In this document: positions 42,994 to 52,954 of the stretch, piece by piece
How positions within the stretch are numbered: position 1 is the first letter of the stretch
Layout: every line of letters starts with the position of its first letter
DNA from: an uncultured Acidobacteriota bacterium
GTDB taxonomy: Bacteria; Acidobacteriota; Thermoanaerobaculia; Gp7-AA8
Assembly (NCBI GenBank): GCA_963822445.1
Contig: CAWGHO010000001.1
Span: 768,001-832,000, forward strand
Reading direction: 5' to 3'
DNA: 64,000 nucleotides
Notes under the pieces: model-generated
Database searches by the model: none
Told to the model about the DNA's origin: nothing
What the model saw: the letters and a program-made list of their open reading frames with translations, nothing else
Position numbers and translations under genes: made by a program

Positions 42994-44835
42994 CTACCGC
43001 GAACCACCGGCGACCACCGCGGGCCGAACGCTCGTCTCGCCCTCGCGAGAATAGAAATCCACGAGCCCCTGATAAATCGCCTCGGCCAGCTGCTGCCGGT
43101 ATTTCTTCGTCTTGATCAGGGCCCGGTCCTTCTCGTTGCCGAGGTTGCAGACCTCGAGGAGCATGCGGGTGGGGACCATGTTGTGGCGGATGACCGCGGG
43201 CACCCACTCGCTCTTGCGGCGGATCACGTTGTCGCGCACCGGCTCGAACGGATGGACCTTCAGACCGTTGCGGGTGAACGACGTCATCACCGTCTGGGCG
43301 AGATCGCGCGACAGACCTTCCGCGCGCAAAGCCTCGTCGCGAGACTGGGTCACCGTCGGCTGCTCCCGCACCTCGGCGCGGGTCAGGTAGATGTCCCCCT
43401 TCTTGCGATACGTGCCGGTCACGAACGCCGCGCCGGGCACGTAGGCCATGGCGCCGCGCAGCGAGGGATGGAGCGAGTCGGCGTGAATCGAAAGAAAGAC
43501 GACCTTCTCCTTCGGCACGCCGGTGCTCATGGCCCGGCGGAAGATCGAGTTCGCCAGATACCAGCGCAGGTTCACGCCGACGATCGCGTCGTCGAGCAGA
43601 TACCGCGGCGTGGTCTGCACGTAATGATCGCGGGGCGGATCCGCGATCACGTTCTTCTCCACGACCGAGAAGCCTGTCGACTTCGACTTCGTGGTCATGG
43701 CCACCTTCGCGCCGCTCTGTTTTTCCAGAAGGCGTTTGAGGCGGCAGGCCACGTCGTACACGTAGATCGATTCCCAGACGTCGTCGTGCTCGGTGCCGAC
43801 GTCCCGGCCGCCGTGACCCGCGTCGAGGATCACCTGCACGCCGGCCAGCCCCTTCGCGCGCGTCCGTTTGGCGACCTTCGCGCTCTCGCGGCGGGTCGTC
43901 TCGCGGGCCAGGCGCTCGGGATCGTCCTGCGGCAGGAACTCGGGCAGGAGCAGGTCCATGGGGATCTTCACCGGATGGCCGACGCGGAGCTTCGACACAT
44001 CCTCGATCTCGTTGAACTTGACGATCCGCTCGAGCACGTCGCCGACGTCGGTCGCGTAGACGCGGCCGGTGAAGCGGATGGCCACCGACGAGTAGAGCGC
44101 CTCCCCTTTCTGCAGCCGGTAGACCGCGAAAGGCTCGGACGCGGAACGATCGTAGGTCAGTGACGGCGTTCCCAGAGCGACCGCAGCCGCCTCCGGTACA
44201 TTTTCATCCGCTGCTGCACGCTGAGTCTGATCGTCCGCTGGCTTCCGAACCTCTGCTGCCGTCTTCGGTGCATTCTCTTCCTCCGAGCCCCCGCCGAATG
44301 CGGCGGTGAGCAGTCGCTGTGGAACGAGGATCACGTCACCTTTACGAGTCGAGAGTCCCTGGCTGGGGTTGGCTTTCCGGATGAGCGAGTAATTGGCGCC
44401 GTCGCCGGTGAACCACTCCGCGATGTTCCAGAGCGATTCCCCTTCGACGCCGCGGGCCCCGACGACGACGTGCCTCCAGCCTTCGGCAGTCATCTTGTCG
44501 TTCGGGAAAAGAGTGGCGATCACGTCGCGCTGCAGGTTCGCGCGAAGCATGGCGAACGGCACGAGGACCGACTGATCGCTGGTCAGCTTGTCGTCGGCCT
44601 GATTGAACGCGGCGATGTCCTCCCAGTTCGCGGCGTCGCCGGTCACGCGACGGGCCAGGCGGGTCCAGGCGTCACCGGCGTGCGGTTTGACCGTGACTTC
44701 GATCTGGTAGTCGCGCGTCATCGTCGCGCGCACGCCGGGCGCAATCTGGGCGCTGGCAATCGGAGTCTGGGAAGGGGCGGCGAGGAGGACCCGGGCCGAG
44801 AGGATTACGACTGACACCACCCACCACTTACGCAC
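42994..44835 (-). CDS. N-acetylmuramoyl-L-alanine amidase (Amidase_3) with LysM-like N-terminal domains
   Basis: Signal peptide; GESLWNIAEW and YRLQKGEALY LysM-like segments; ILDAGHGGRD, E, SIHAD, LLEVCNL catalytic motifs. Confidence 0.9.
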   Translation of the reverse strand: MRKWWVVSVVILSARVLLAAPSQTPIASAQIAPGVRATMTRDYQIEVTVKPHAGDAWTRLARRVTGDAANWEDIAAFNQADDKLTSDQSVLVPFAMLRANLQRDVIATLFPNDKMTAEGWRHVVVGARGVEGESLWNIAEWFTGDGANYSLIRKANPSQGLSTRKGDVILVPQRLLTAAFGGGSEEENAPKTAAEVRKPADDQTQRAAADENVPEAAAVALGTPSLTYDRSASEPFAVYRLQKGEALYSSVAIRFTGRVYATDVGDVLERIVKFNEIEDVSKLRVGHPVKIPMDLLLPEFLPQDDPERLARETTRRESAKVAKRTRAKGLAGVQVILDAGHGGRDVGTEHDDVWESIYVYDVACRLKRLLEKQSGAKVAMTTKSKSTGFSVVEKNVIADPPRDHYVQTTPRYLLDDAIVGVNLRWYLANSIFRRAMSTGVPKEKVVFLSIHADSLHPSLRGAMAYVPGAAFVTGTYRKKGDIYLTRAEVREQPTVTQSRDEALRAEGLSRDLAQTVMTSFTRNGLKVHPFEPVRDNVIRRKSEWVPAVIRHNMVPTRMLLEVCNLGNEKDRALIKTKKYRQQLAEAIYQGLVDFYSREGETSVRPAVVAGGSR

Positions 44836-44850
44836 GAAAGGAATTGTACG

Positions 44851-45138
44851 CTACTTGGCCTGGCAGCCGCCGTTGGCCTGGCAATACCCGCGAATCGGCT
44901 CGCCCGCGCACTGCACGGTCACGAAGTCGTACCGGAAGCCCCCGCAATGAGCGGCCGAGCAACGGAAGCGCGCAACCTCCGCGCATTGTGCGGGCTGCGG
45001 CCGCGGCGGATTGCCGAACGACGGAACATCGCTGCGGCCGATGACGGTGCCGCCCGGGTACGGGAGAGGACGCCGGGGGTGCATGCAGGCGGGAGCGAGG
45101 AGGAAGATGACCAGTGCGAGGACAGCGATTCTTCGCAT
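44851..45138 (-). CDS. small Cys-rich lipoprotein
   Basis: MRRIAVLALVIFLLAPAC lipobox-like signal plus six further Cys. Confidence 0.65.
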   Translation of the reverse strand: MRRIAVLALVIFLLAPACMHPRRPLPYPGGTVIGRSDVPSFGNPPRPQPAQCAEVARFRCSAAHCGGFRYDFVTVQCAGEPIRGYCQANGGCQAK

Positions 45139-45144
45139 GGACCT

Positions 45145-46536
45145 TCAAGATAGGCCCGGAGGCAGCCGCCGCCAATACCCCGTCTCCCCCTCGAACCAGT
45201 CCGCCGCGCGAAACAGCGACCGCTCCGAAAAGTGGGGTCCCATCAACTGCAGGGACAGCGGCAATCCGGCCTTGTCGAATCCCGAGGGAACCGCGATCGC
45301 GGGAACGCCGACGAGGTTCGCCGGCGCGGTGAAGATGTCCGAGAGATACATGCTCAGCGGATCGTCGCTCTTCGCCCCGATCGCAAACGCTGACTCCGGC
45401 GTGGTCGGAGTGACGAGGTAGTTGAACGATTTGAAGGCCTCGTTCATCTCGTGCCGCAACTTCGCGCGGACCCGCTGGGCGCGGCCGTAATACGCGTCGT
45501 AGTACCCCGACGACAAAGCGAACGTGCCGATCATGATCCGCCGCTTCACCTCGGCGCCGAAGCCCTCACCGCGCGAATCGGAGTAAACCTCGTCGAGCGT
45601 CCGCGCACGCTCGCTGCGATGTCCATAGCGGATACCGTCGAACCGCGCCAGGTTCGCACTCGCCTCGGCATTGGCGACGATGTAGTAAATCGCGATCGCG
45701 TAACCGATCGAGGGCACGCTCGCTTCGCTGACGACGGCACCGCCGCGGCGGTGCACGTCGAGCGCCTCCTCGAAATTCGCGCGAACGTCGCCGCCGAGCT
45801 GCTCGACCGCTTCTTTGACCACGCCGAACCGCAGCCCCTTCACGCCCTGGCCGAGGTCCGCGCTGTACTGCCCCGCGGCCTCGGTGCTGGACGTCGAATC
45901 GTGCGGATCGTGTCCGGCGATGATCTCCAGCATTTCCGCGGATTCGCGCACGGTCTTGGTGACGATGCCGATCTGGTCGAGGCCGGACGCGAACGCGACG
46001 AGCCCCCATCGCGAGACGCGGCCGTACGTCGGCTTCAATCCGACGACGCCGCAGAGCGCCGCGGGCTGCCGCACCGATCCGCCGGTCTCCGATCCCAGCG
46101 CCACCGGCACCATCCGCGCGGCAACGGCCGCCGCGGAACCGCCCGACGATCCGCCAGGGACGCGCGAGATGTCCCACGGATTGCGCGCCGGGCCGAACGC
46201 CGAGTGCTCATTGGACGAGCCCATCGCGAACTCGTCGAGGTTGGTCTTTCCGACGATCGCCGCGCCGGCCGTGCGCAAGCGTGCGACCGCCGTCGCATCG
46301 AACGGCGAGCGGAAGACGCCGAGGATCTTCGAGCCGCAGGTTGCCGGGGCGTCGGTTGTGACGATGTTGTCTTTCACAGCGACCGGCAACGCGCCTTCCG
46401 CGCCGCCGTTGACGTGCAGAAACGCGTTGAGCGCCGGATTGCGAGCCTGAATCGCGCGCAGTGAAGCCTCGACATACTCGCGAGCCGAGACTTTTCCGCG
46501 GGCCTCGGTGAACGGCAACTCCAGGAGATCACTCAC
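45145..46536 (-). CDS. gatA: Asp/Glu-tRNA amidotransferase subunit A
   Basis: VKDNI, GKTNLDEFAMGSS, PGGSSGGS, GSETGGSVRQPA, LARFDGIRYG, EVKRRIMIGT. Confidence 0.95.
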   Translation of the reverse strand: MSDLLELPFTEARGKVSAREYVEASLRAIQARNPALNAFLHVNGGAEGALPVAVKDNIVTTDAPATCGSKILGVFRSPFDATAVARLRTAGAAIVGKTNLDEFAMGSSNEHSAFGPARNPWDISRVPGGSSGGSAAAVAARMVPVALGSETGGSVRQPAALCGVVGLKPTYGRVSRWGLVAFASGLDQIGIVTKTVRESAEMLEIIAGHDPHDSTSSTEAAGQYSADLGQGVKGLRFGVVKEAVEQLGGDVRANFEEALDVHRRGGAVVSEASVPSIGYAIAIYYIVANAEASANLARFDGIRYGHRSERARTLDEVYSDSRGEGFGAEVKRRIMIGTFALSSGYYDAYYGRAQRVRAKLRHEMNEAFKSFNYLVTPTTPESAFAIGAKSDDPLSMYLSDIFTAPANLVGVPAIAVPSGFDKAGLPLSLQLMGPHFSERSLFRAADWFEGETGYWRRLPPGLS

Positions 46537-46813
46537 CGCCGATCACCTTCGGCACGACGAAGAATCCATCCCGCCAGGCCGGCGCGTTCCGCGCGACCGC
46601 TTCCCGATCGATTGACGCTTGCGGCTCATCCTCGCGAAAGGGAGTCACGAGCTGGCCGCTCTCCTCGAACCCTTCCACGTCGACCTCGCGAAGCTGATCG
46701 ATGTAGGTGAGGATCTTCGTCATCTCGGCGGCCATGCGCTCGAGCCCGGGCTCATCGAACTCGAGATGGGCCAGGGTGGCGATGCGGCTCGCTTCGTCGC
46801 GATCGATTTTCAT
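46529..46813 (-). CDS. gatC: Asp/Glu-tRNA amidotransferase subunit C
   Basis: MKIDRDEASRIATLAHL, FREDE, FFVVPKVI; directly upstream of gatA. Confidence 0.92.
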   Translation of the reverse strand: MKIDRDEASRIATLAHLEFDEPGLERMAAEMTKILTYIDQLREVDVEGFEESGQLVTPFREDEPQASIDREAVARNAPAWRDGFFVVPKVIGGE

Positions 46814-46885
46814 GGCCGGCGAGTGTATTTCAAGGTCGTGTAGGACGCCGCTGGTAGGTTTTGTGCTTATTACTGGCCAAAACTC

Positions 46886-48346
46886 ATGCTGAATCACGAT
46901 CTCGCCAGCGGTTCGCGGCCGCAGTCCATCCTCCCGGACAGCGGCACACACCTCGTGCAGTTTTACGAGCACGAGGAGTTCCTGTTCGAGGTGGTGGCGG
47001 CGTTCATCGGTCAGGCGCTGACGGCCGGTGAGCCGGTCGTGGTCATCGCCACTCCCGAGCATTGCCAGGGATTCAGCGACCATCTGATCGCGAAAGGCTT
47101 CGATCCCACCCGCGTGACGTTCGCCGATGCGCGGGAGACGATGGCGAGGTTCATGACCGGCGGCATGCCCGACGCCCAGAAGTTCATGACGACGATCGGC
47201 GGCGTGCTGGAGCAGATGATCGGCGCGCACCATCGCATCAGCGCGTACGGGGAAATGGTCGATCTGCTCTGGCGCGATGGAAATCCCGAAGCGGCGATCC
47301 GCCTCGAAGAGCTCTGGAACGACCTGGGCACGCTCTATCCCTTCACCCTCCTCTGCGCGTATCCGATGGGCAACTTCTACAAGGAAAGCGATGCTCGCCT
47401 CTTCGCGAATGTCTGCGAAACGCACGGCCGCGTCTTTCCCGCGGAGACTTTCACCCGCGGCGCCGACGATGACGCGCGGTTGCGCGAGATCGCCGCGCTG
47501 CAGCAGCGTGCCGCGGCGCTGGAAGCGGAAGTCGAGCATCGCCGCCAGCTCGAGCTCGCACTGCGCGACGCGCTCGGTGCACGCCGTGAAGCGGAAGACG
47601 AACTGCGCGCGAAGCTCGAAGAGAACTCACGGCTCTACGCGCTCGCGCAGGAGAACATCCGGACCAAGGACGAGTTCCTGGCCACGCTCTCCCACGAGCT
47701 GCGCACGCCGCTGACGGCCATCCTCGGCTGGGCGAAGCTGCTGAATCTCGGAACGCTGGACGAAGCAACGATGCGCGTCGGCTGCGAGACCATCGAGCGC
47801 AGTGCGCGAACGCAGGCCGCGCTGATCGACGACCTGCTCGACCTCTCGCGCGTGGTCACCGGCAAGCTCTCGATGCGCAACGAGCCGGTGGATCTCGCGA
47901 ACGTCGTCAGGAACGCCGTCGAGACGATGCAGCTCGCCGCCGAAGCGCGCGCGATTCGAATCCTCGTCGACGTGCCCGCGGACGCGATGGTCGCGAATGG
48001 CGACGCAACCCGCCTCCAGCAGATCGCCTGGAACCTGATCTCGAACGCGGTGAAGTTCTCCACCGTCGAATCGGAGATCGCGGTCGCGCTCACCCGCCAG
48101 GGCGATCGGGCGACGCTCGTCGTGAGCGACAGCGGCTGCGGCATCACGGCTGATTTCCTGCCGCACGTCTTCGAGCCGTTCCGCCAGGCCGACGGCGCCA
48201 GCACCCGCCATCACAACGGTCTGGGATTGGGCCTGGCGATCGTGAAGTACATCGCCGAGCTGCACGGCGGGAGCGTCACCGCGAAGAGCGACGGTGCCGG
48301 CAAGGGCGCGACGTTTACCGTGACCGTGCCGCTGGCGACCGCGTAA
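46886..48346 (+). CDS. MEDS-domain sensor histidine kinase
   Basis: HLVQFYE, YGEMVDLLW, LEELWN, LLCAYP (MEDS); FLATLSHELRTPL, NLISNAVKF, DSGCGI, GLGLGL. Confidence 0.92.
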   Translation: MLNHDLASGSRPQSILPDSGTHLVQFYEHEEFLFEVVAAFIGQALTAGEPVVVIATPEHCQGFSDHLIAKGFDPTRVTFADARETMARFMTGGMPDAQKFMTTIGGVLEQMIGAHHRISAYGEMVDLLWRDGNPEAAIRLEELWNDLGTLYPFTLLCAYPMGNFYKESDARLFANVCETHGRVFPAETFTRGADDDARLREIAALQQRAAALEAEVEHRRQLELALRDALGARREAEDELRAKLEENSRLYALAQENIRTKDEFLATLSHELRTPLTAILGWAKLLNLGTLDEATMRVGCETIERSARTQAALIDDLLDLSRVVTGKLSMRNEPVDLANVVRNAVETMQLAAEARAIRILVDVPADAMVANGDATRLQQIAWNLISNAVKFSTVESEIAVALTRQGDRATLVVSDSGCGITADFLPHVFEPFRQADGASTRHHNGLGLGLAIVKYIAELHGGSVTAKSDGAGKGATFTVTVPLATA

Positions 48347-48352
48347 AGCGCG

Positions 48353-50089
48353 TCAGCGCGACGCCGTCCGGATCATCTCCACGAATCGGTTCGCCAGCTC
48401 GGCGTCGAATTGCGATCCGGCGTTGCGAGCGATGATCGCCATGGCCTGGTCAGTGGGCATGGGCGGCTGGTACGACGCGGAATCGGTCATGGCGATCCAT
48501 GAATCGCAGATCTGCAGGATGCGCGAGAGCAGCGGGATCTCATCGCCCTGCAGCTCGTTCGGATAGCCGCGCCCATCCACGCGCTCGTGATGACAGAGCA
48601 CCGCGCGCGCGATCTCATTGCCGAGGAGCGGCTCGACGATCGCTGCGCCGACATACGGATGCTCGCGCAGAAACCCGAGCTCCTCGGTCGACAGATCTTT
48701 CTTCCGGTAAAGCCGTTCGTAATCGAGGAGGCGCATGCCGGCGTCGTGGACGATGCCGAGGATGCGGGCGTTTTCGACTTCGGCTGGAGTCAACTGCAGA
48801 AAACGGGCGAAGGACTCGGACAGCTTCGCGACCGCTTCGCTGTGCCGTTTGAGCTCCGGAAAGGTCGCGAAGTCGGGCTCGAGCAACTTCTCCGCGGCGC
48901 GGTTGCGCACCGACGCGAGCAATCCCCGCTGCATCGACTGCTCGATGACGAGCTGCATGTGGTTGTGCATCGCCGCGAGCAGCTCATGGGCGACGCGATC
49001 GGGCACGCTGGAAAAGGCCACGGTGAGAAAAATGCCGCGCATCGAGCCGACGGCGAGCGGCGCCGTGAAGACCTTCTGCACGTCGTTCGGCCCGATTGGC
49101 GGACCGCTGGTGCCGAACGGCGTGGTCACCGACGTGCGAAGAAATCCGCCGGCCTCTCCCCGCTTGGTCAGCCACATGTTCAGCTTCGACTGCAGCAGGT
49201 TCTTCGCGTCTTCGGTGAGCGTCGAGCGGCTGGCGATCTCCTGCACCCCGCCGGCGTGGCCGAACGCGGTGAATGTCGCCGCGACGGCGTCCGGAATGAG
49301 CAGCAGCGGACGGAGCGTGTCCCGCGCGGCGCTGATCTCCGCTTCCGACAACGATTCGGGCGCGTTCGCGACGAGCACATTGGAGGCAACGCTGCGGGCG
49401 TTGATGATCACCGTCGCCAGGCGCGGAACGAACGCGCCGGAATCGTTCTTCGGTTTCTTCGGCGCCGGCGCCACAGCCGGTGCGGCCGAGACAGTCGCCG
49501 GAATCGCGACGGCGGGCGATGCATGGGTGACGTTCGGCTTGTCGCGAACGGGAGGGTGCGCGCTGATGAGCGGCTCGCCGCTGGGCCGTTCGACGACGTC
49601 GGCGGTTTCGTGCTGCCCGCTCGCTTTCGACAGCGAGATGAATCGCTGGCCGAATACGTTCTTGTCCGCGAAAAGCGCGGCCATCCGCTCGGCGATGGCC
49701 TGGGCCTTCGGCAGATCGCTCTGGTCGAAAGGAAGCTTCCCGGCCTTGTCGCGCATGTCGATGAAGCCGACGAGCTTTCCGCGCAGATAGAGCGGCGCAA
49801 CGAGGAGGCGGTCGGTGGACGACTCGAAGAGAAGCTCGGAGAACCGCGGCTCGGTCGCGACGCCGTTCACATAGAAGGCCGTGCGTCCGCGGCCGGAGCG
49901 ATCGACCATCGGATCATTCGCGTCGGCGGCGTGGCGCGTGCTGCCGCGGAATCCATATTCGGTAACGAGCTCGAACCGGGTCTGGCCGTCGTACAGGTAC
50001 AGCGCGGCCTTGGTCGCCTTGATGTCGACCGCGCAGTCGTAAAGGATTTCTTTGAGTTTTGGACGAAGCTCTTCGACCTCGGGGTTCAC
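48353..50089 (-). CDS. GAF plus HD-GYP cyclic-di-GMP phosphodiesterase
   Basis: N-terminal GAF-like region; RHSEAV, HDAG, EHPYVG, HHERVDGRGYP, ICDSW. Confidence 0.88.
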   Translation of the reverse strand: MNPEVEELRPKLKEILYDCAVDIKATKAALYLYDGQTRFELVTEYGFRGSTRHAADANDPMVDRSGRGRTAFYVNGVATEPRFSELLFESSTDRLLVAPLYLRGKLVGFIDMRDKAGKLPFDQSDLPKAQAIAERMAALFADKNVFGQRFISLSKASGQHETADVVERPSGEPLISAHPPVRDKPNVTHASPAVAIPATVSAAPAVAPAPKKPKNDSGAFVPRLATVIINARSVASNVLVANAPESLSEAEISAARDTLRPLLLIPDAVAATFTAFGHAGGVQEIASRSTLTEDAKNLLQSKLNMWLTKRGEAGGFLRTSVTTPFGTSGPPIGPNDVQKVFTAPLAVGSMRGIFLTVAFSSVPDRVAHELLAAMHNHMQLVIEQSMQRGLLASVRNRAAEKLLEPDFATFPELKRHSEAVAKLSESFARFLQLTPAEVENARILGIVHDAGMRLLDYERLYRKKDLSTEELGFLREHPYVGAAIVEPLLGNEIARAVLCHHERVDGRGYPNELQGDEIPLLSRILQICDSWIAMTDSASYQPPMPTDQAMAIIARNAGSQFDAELANRFVEMIRTASR

Positions 50090-50136
50090 GCGGCGATTGT
50101 AAAGCCTGCCATGAGCGGGCGAAGGGAGTCGAATGG

Positions 50137-50360
50137 TTACTGCATCGCGCGGAGCTTCTCGATGATCTCGGCCTCTGTCGGAAAACGACCAGCCTCTTTC
50201 TTCGAGAAGATGGTGCGGTTGTCGACGCTGACGACGAAGATGCCGCCGCTGCCGCGAACGAGCTCGGATTCGACGCCGATGGTCTTCCTGATCTCAGCCG
50301 CCAGACTGGAGGCTCGGGCAGGTAGTTTCAAACGCCGCAGTAATCGATTCGAATATGCAT
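50137..50360 (-). CDS. Rdx/SelW-like selenoprotein (CxxU) with in-frame UGA and an apparent 1-nt deletion
   Basis: ATG at 50360 reads MHIRIDYCGV-TGA(50330-50328)-NYLP; one added base joins RASSLAAEI...GSGGIFVVSVD...FSKKEAGRFP (Rdx signature); SECIS-like hairpin downstream of the UGA. Confidence 0.85.
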
Positions 50361-50437
50361 GCCGGCACGGCCGGCAGCGCTGGTTGCCCAAGGCTTCGGC
50401 ACGAGAGTCCTTTAAAGTTTGATCGCGGTATGACCGC

Positions 50438-51197
50438 CTACACCGTCTTCACCAGCACGGCAGTCACGTTGTCGAGACCGCCGCGCTCGTTCGCCGCATC
50501 GATCAGACTGCTGACAGGCTTTCTGCAGATCGCCGTTGCTCGATTCGACTACGCGAAGGATCTCGTTTTCGGGAACCATGCCAGTGAGACCGTCCGAGCA
50601 GAGCAGGACGATGTCGCCCGGCTTCGCCTCGATCTCCGAAGCGTCCGGCGTGACCTGAAGCGCGCCGCCGAGTGCGCGGGTGATGACGTTCCGCAGCGGA
50701 TGCTTCTCCGCCTCGGCCTCGGTGAGCATGCCCGCCTGCACCTGCTCGAAGACCCAGGAGTGATCGTTGGTGATGCGCGAGATCTCTCCCGCGCGGATGA
50801 GGTAGGCGCGGGAGTCGCCGACGTGCGCGACCGAGACCGTGCCTTCATCGGCGAGACAGGCGACCACGGTCGTGCCCATGCCGCGAAGGCGCGCGTCCTT
50901 GCGCATCGCCTCGAGCACGCGGGTGTTGGCCATGCGAACGGCGGCCATCAGCCGATTGGTCGAGCGCTTGTAGTGCTCGTCGTACGCGTGCGGCCAGGTG
51001 CCGTCGTCTTCCTTCGTGTGCAGGATGAACTCGGAGATCGAGTCGACGGCGATGCGCGACGCGATCTCACCAGCCGCATGGCCTCCCATCCCGTCGGCGA
51101 CGAGGAACAGGCGCGCGTCGTCCTCCACGAGGAACGCGTCCTCGTTGTGCTGCCTTTGCCGGCCGACGTGCGTGAGACCGTATGCGTTCACTTGCAT
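50438..51197 (-). CDS. PP2C-type Ser/Thr protein phosphatase (Stp1/PrpC family); one apparent frameshift near the C-terminus
   Basis: GRQRQHNED, VADGMGGHAAGE, GMGTT, HVGDSRAY, RNVITRALG, LCSDGL; the canonical end LIDAANERGGLDNVTAVLV lies in another frame (stop at 50438). Confidence 0.9.
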
Positions 51198-51206
51198 GAC
51201 CCTGGC

Positions 51207-51863
51207 TCAGCGTTTCCCGAAGATCGAGAAGCCGCCCTTGCCCGCCTCTTTCCCCTCTTTCGACTCGCGCAGCTCTGCCAGCGCGGTCTGCACTTCAAAG
51301 TTCGAGGCGTCCCACTTCAACGACTCTTCGAGATACCGCTCGGCCTTGGCCACGAGCCCGGCGCGCTTGCACATGAAACCGGCGTCTTTGAGGTAGAGCG
51401 CATTCATCGGCTCGCGCTGCACCGCCGTCTCGATGGCCTGCACGGCCTGACGGGTGTACGCCGGAATGCGGGCCGCCGCGAGGGCGAGGTAATGAAAGGC
51501 CTTCCCGTCCTGAGCGTTGTGTTTCGCGGCCAGATCGAAGTTCTCGTAGGCCGTGGCCCAGTCGCCTTCCTTGTATGCCTTCACGCCTTTGCCGAGGTAG
51601 GCCTTGGCGATCTGGACGAAGTCGATGGTGCCCTTGCCGATGCCGCCGACGATCTCGGAATCGTGCTGCTTCCGCTTGTCGGCATTGGTGAGAACGTTCA
51701 CCGCCTCGGTGAGGACCTGGAACTTCCGCTCCGCGTCGGCCTTGTCGGGCCCGCGGTAGCGGTCGGGATGATTCTCGCGAGCCAGCTGGCGAAAGCGGTC
51801 GCGGATCTCCTGTTCTGTGGCCGAGCGTTCGACGCCCAGGACCTCGTAGTAATTGACCTTCAT
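51207..51863 (-). CDS. DnaJ-domain plus TPR protein
   Basis: NYYEVLGV, ENHPDR (HPD motif), C-terminal TPR-like helices. Confidence 0.88.
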   Translation of the reverse strand: MKVNYYEVLGVERSATEQEIRDRFRQLARENHPDRYRGPDKADAERKFQVLTEAVNVLTNADKRKQHDSEIVGGIGKGTIDFVQIAKAYLGKGVKAYKEGDWATAYENFDLAAKHNAQDGKAFHYLALAAARIPAYTRQAVQAIETAVQREPMNALYLKDAGFMCKRAGLVAKAERYLEESLKWDASNFEVQTALAELRESKEGKEAGKGGFSIFGKR

Positions 51864-52954
51864 CCCTGCTTTTGGGTTCGTTGGATATAGGCCTTTTTGG
51901 CCACTTCCCGGACGACCTGCTGAACGCCCTTGTCGTCTTTCAACCCTTTCAAATCACGTAAGGTTAATCGATTGATCAACGGCAGGACAACCCCTATGGG
52001 CGCCTTCGGATTGCGGCAGAGCGTGAGCATGATGTTGTACTTGCCCATCCAGTCTCGCCGGTTGCCGAGGAGGCGGAGGACCTCGTCGTCGACGTTGCGC
52101 ATCGAGGCGATGGCTTCCGCTTCCTGCTCGCCCATGCGGGGATTCCGCATGACCGCGGAGCAGACCATCTTGTTGCGATCGCGGATCAGGATCATGCGCG
52201 CGGTGCGGTCTCCGCGGAACCCGAGCTGCACTTTCTGGGACAGGGTCATGAACTGGATGCGGATCCAGATGGCCGACTTCGTATCGTCTGCGCGCTCGGC
52301 ATCGGTGAGCGTCGGCAGCGTGTTGACCGCCTCTTCCGGTGCCGCTTGCTCGGCACGCTCGAGGAGATCGGCGATCGCGTCGTCGGGCTCCTCGAGCAAC
52401 TCCGGCTCGAGCAGGTCGGCGATCGCGGCGAGACGCGCTTTCTTGTCGAAAAACTCCTCGCGCGTTTCGAGTGCGCGGCGGCGCGCTTCCGGCGAGAGGC
52501 CGGGATTGTTGAGGAGGGCCTCGAGAATCTCCGGCGCGCGAAGGATGCGGGCCTGGTTGATGACGATGATCTCCTGCAGCCGCGCGTCGGCGTGCTGCGC
52601 GAGCTCGACGATCGCGTAATCAGGCACGGCGCGATTGCGCACGAGGGCTTCGACCACGGCGACATCGTTGCTGGCCTTGAGCAGGCGCGTGAGATGGGTC
52701 GGATCGACGTTCTCGTTCATCGCGAGGTCGAGAATCACTCGCGAGGGCAGGTCCCCCATCGACGTCTTCGCCGCGCTCGCAATCTCTTCGTCGCCGGAAC
52801 CAGCGAGATACGCGAGAACGGCGACGAGGTCTTCCTGCGGCAGCGGCAGGAAGCCGCGGGCAATGGTGACGACCACGTCGCGGGGATAACGGCCGGACTC
52901 GATGAGACCGATGACCGTGGCCGCGGTCATCTCCCCGGAATTGGCTGCGCTCAT
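51860..52954 (-). CDS. hypothetical helical-repeat protein
   Basis: Repeated NP/NR-turn helices (LVRNRAVP, LLNNPGLS, VMRNPRM, LCRNPKAP); ATGA overlaps with both neighbours. Confidence 0.8.
   Translation of the reverse strand: MSAANSGEMTAATVIGLIESGRYPRDVVVTIARGFLPLPQEDLVAVLAYLAGSGDEEIASAAKTSMGDLPSRVILDLAMNENVDPTHLTRLLKASNDVAVVEALVRNRAVPDYAIVELAQHADARLQEIIVINQARILRAPEILEALLNNPGLSPEARRRALETREEFFDKKARLAAIADLLEPELLEEPDDAIADLLERAEQAAPEEAVNTLPTLTDAERADDTKSAIWIRIQFMTLSQKVQLGFRGDRTARMILIRDRNKMVCSAVMRNPRMGEQEAEAIASMRNVDDEVLRLLGNRRDWMGKYNIMLTLCRNPKAPIGVVLPLINRLTLRDLKGLKDDKGVQQVVREVAKKAYIQRTQKQG

Noticed and set aside
45145-46813. gatB missing next to gatCA
   Set aside because: gatB is often encoded separately; not informative from one window.
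50137-50391. ORF-track N-terminus MGNQRCRPCRH as a CxxC motif
   Set aside because: Wrong frame; the Rdx-like N-terminus IDYCGV-UGA starts at 50360.
50412-50520. Novel C-terminus or programmed frameshift in PP2C
   Set aside because: The canonical GGxDN ending is in the adjacent frame; a single extra base with no slippery site is best explained as a sequencing error.
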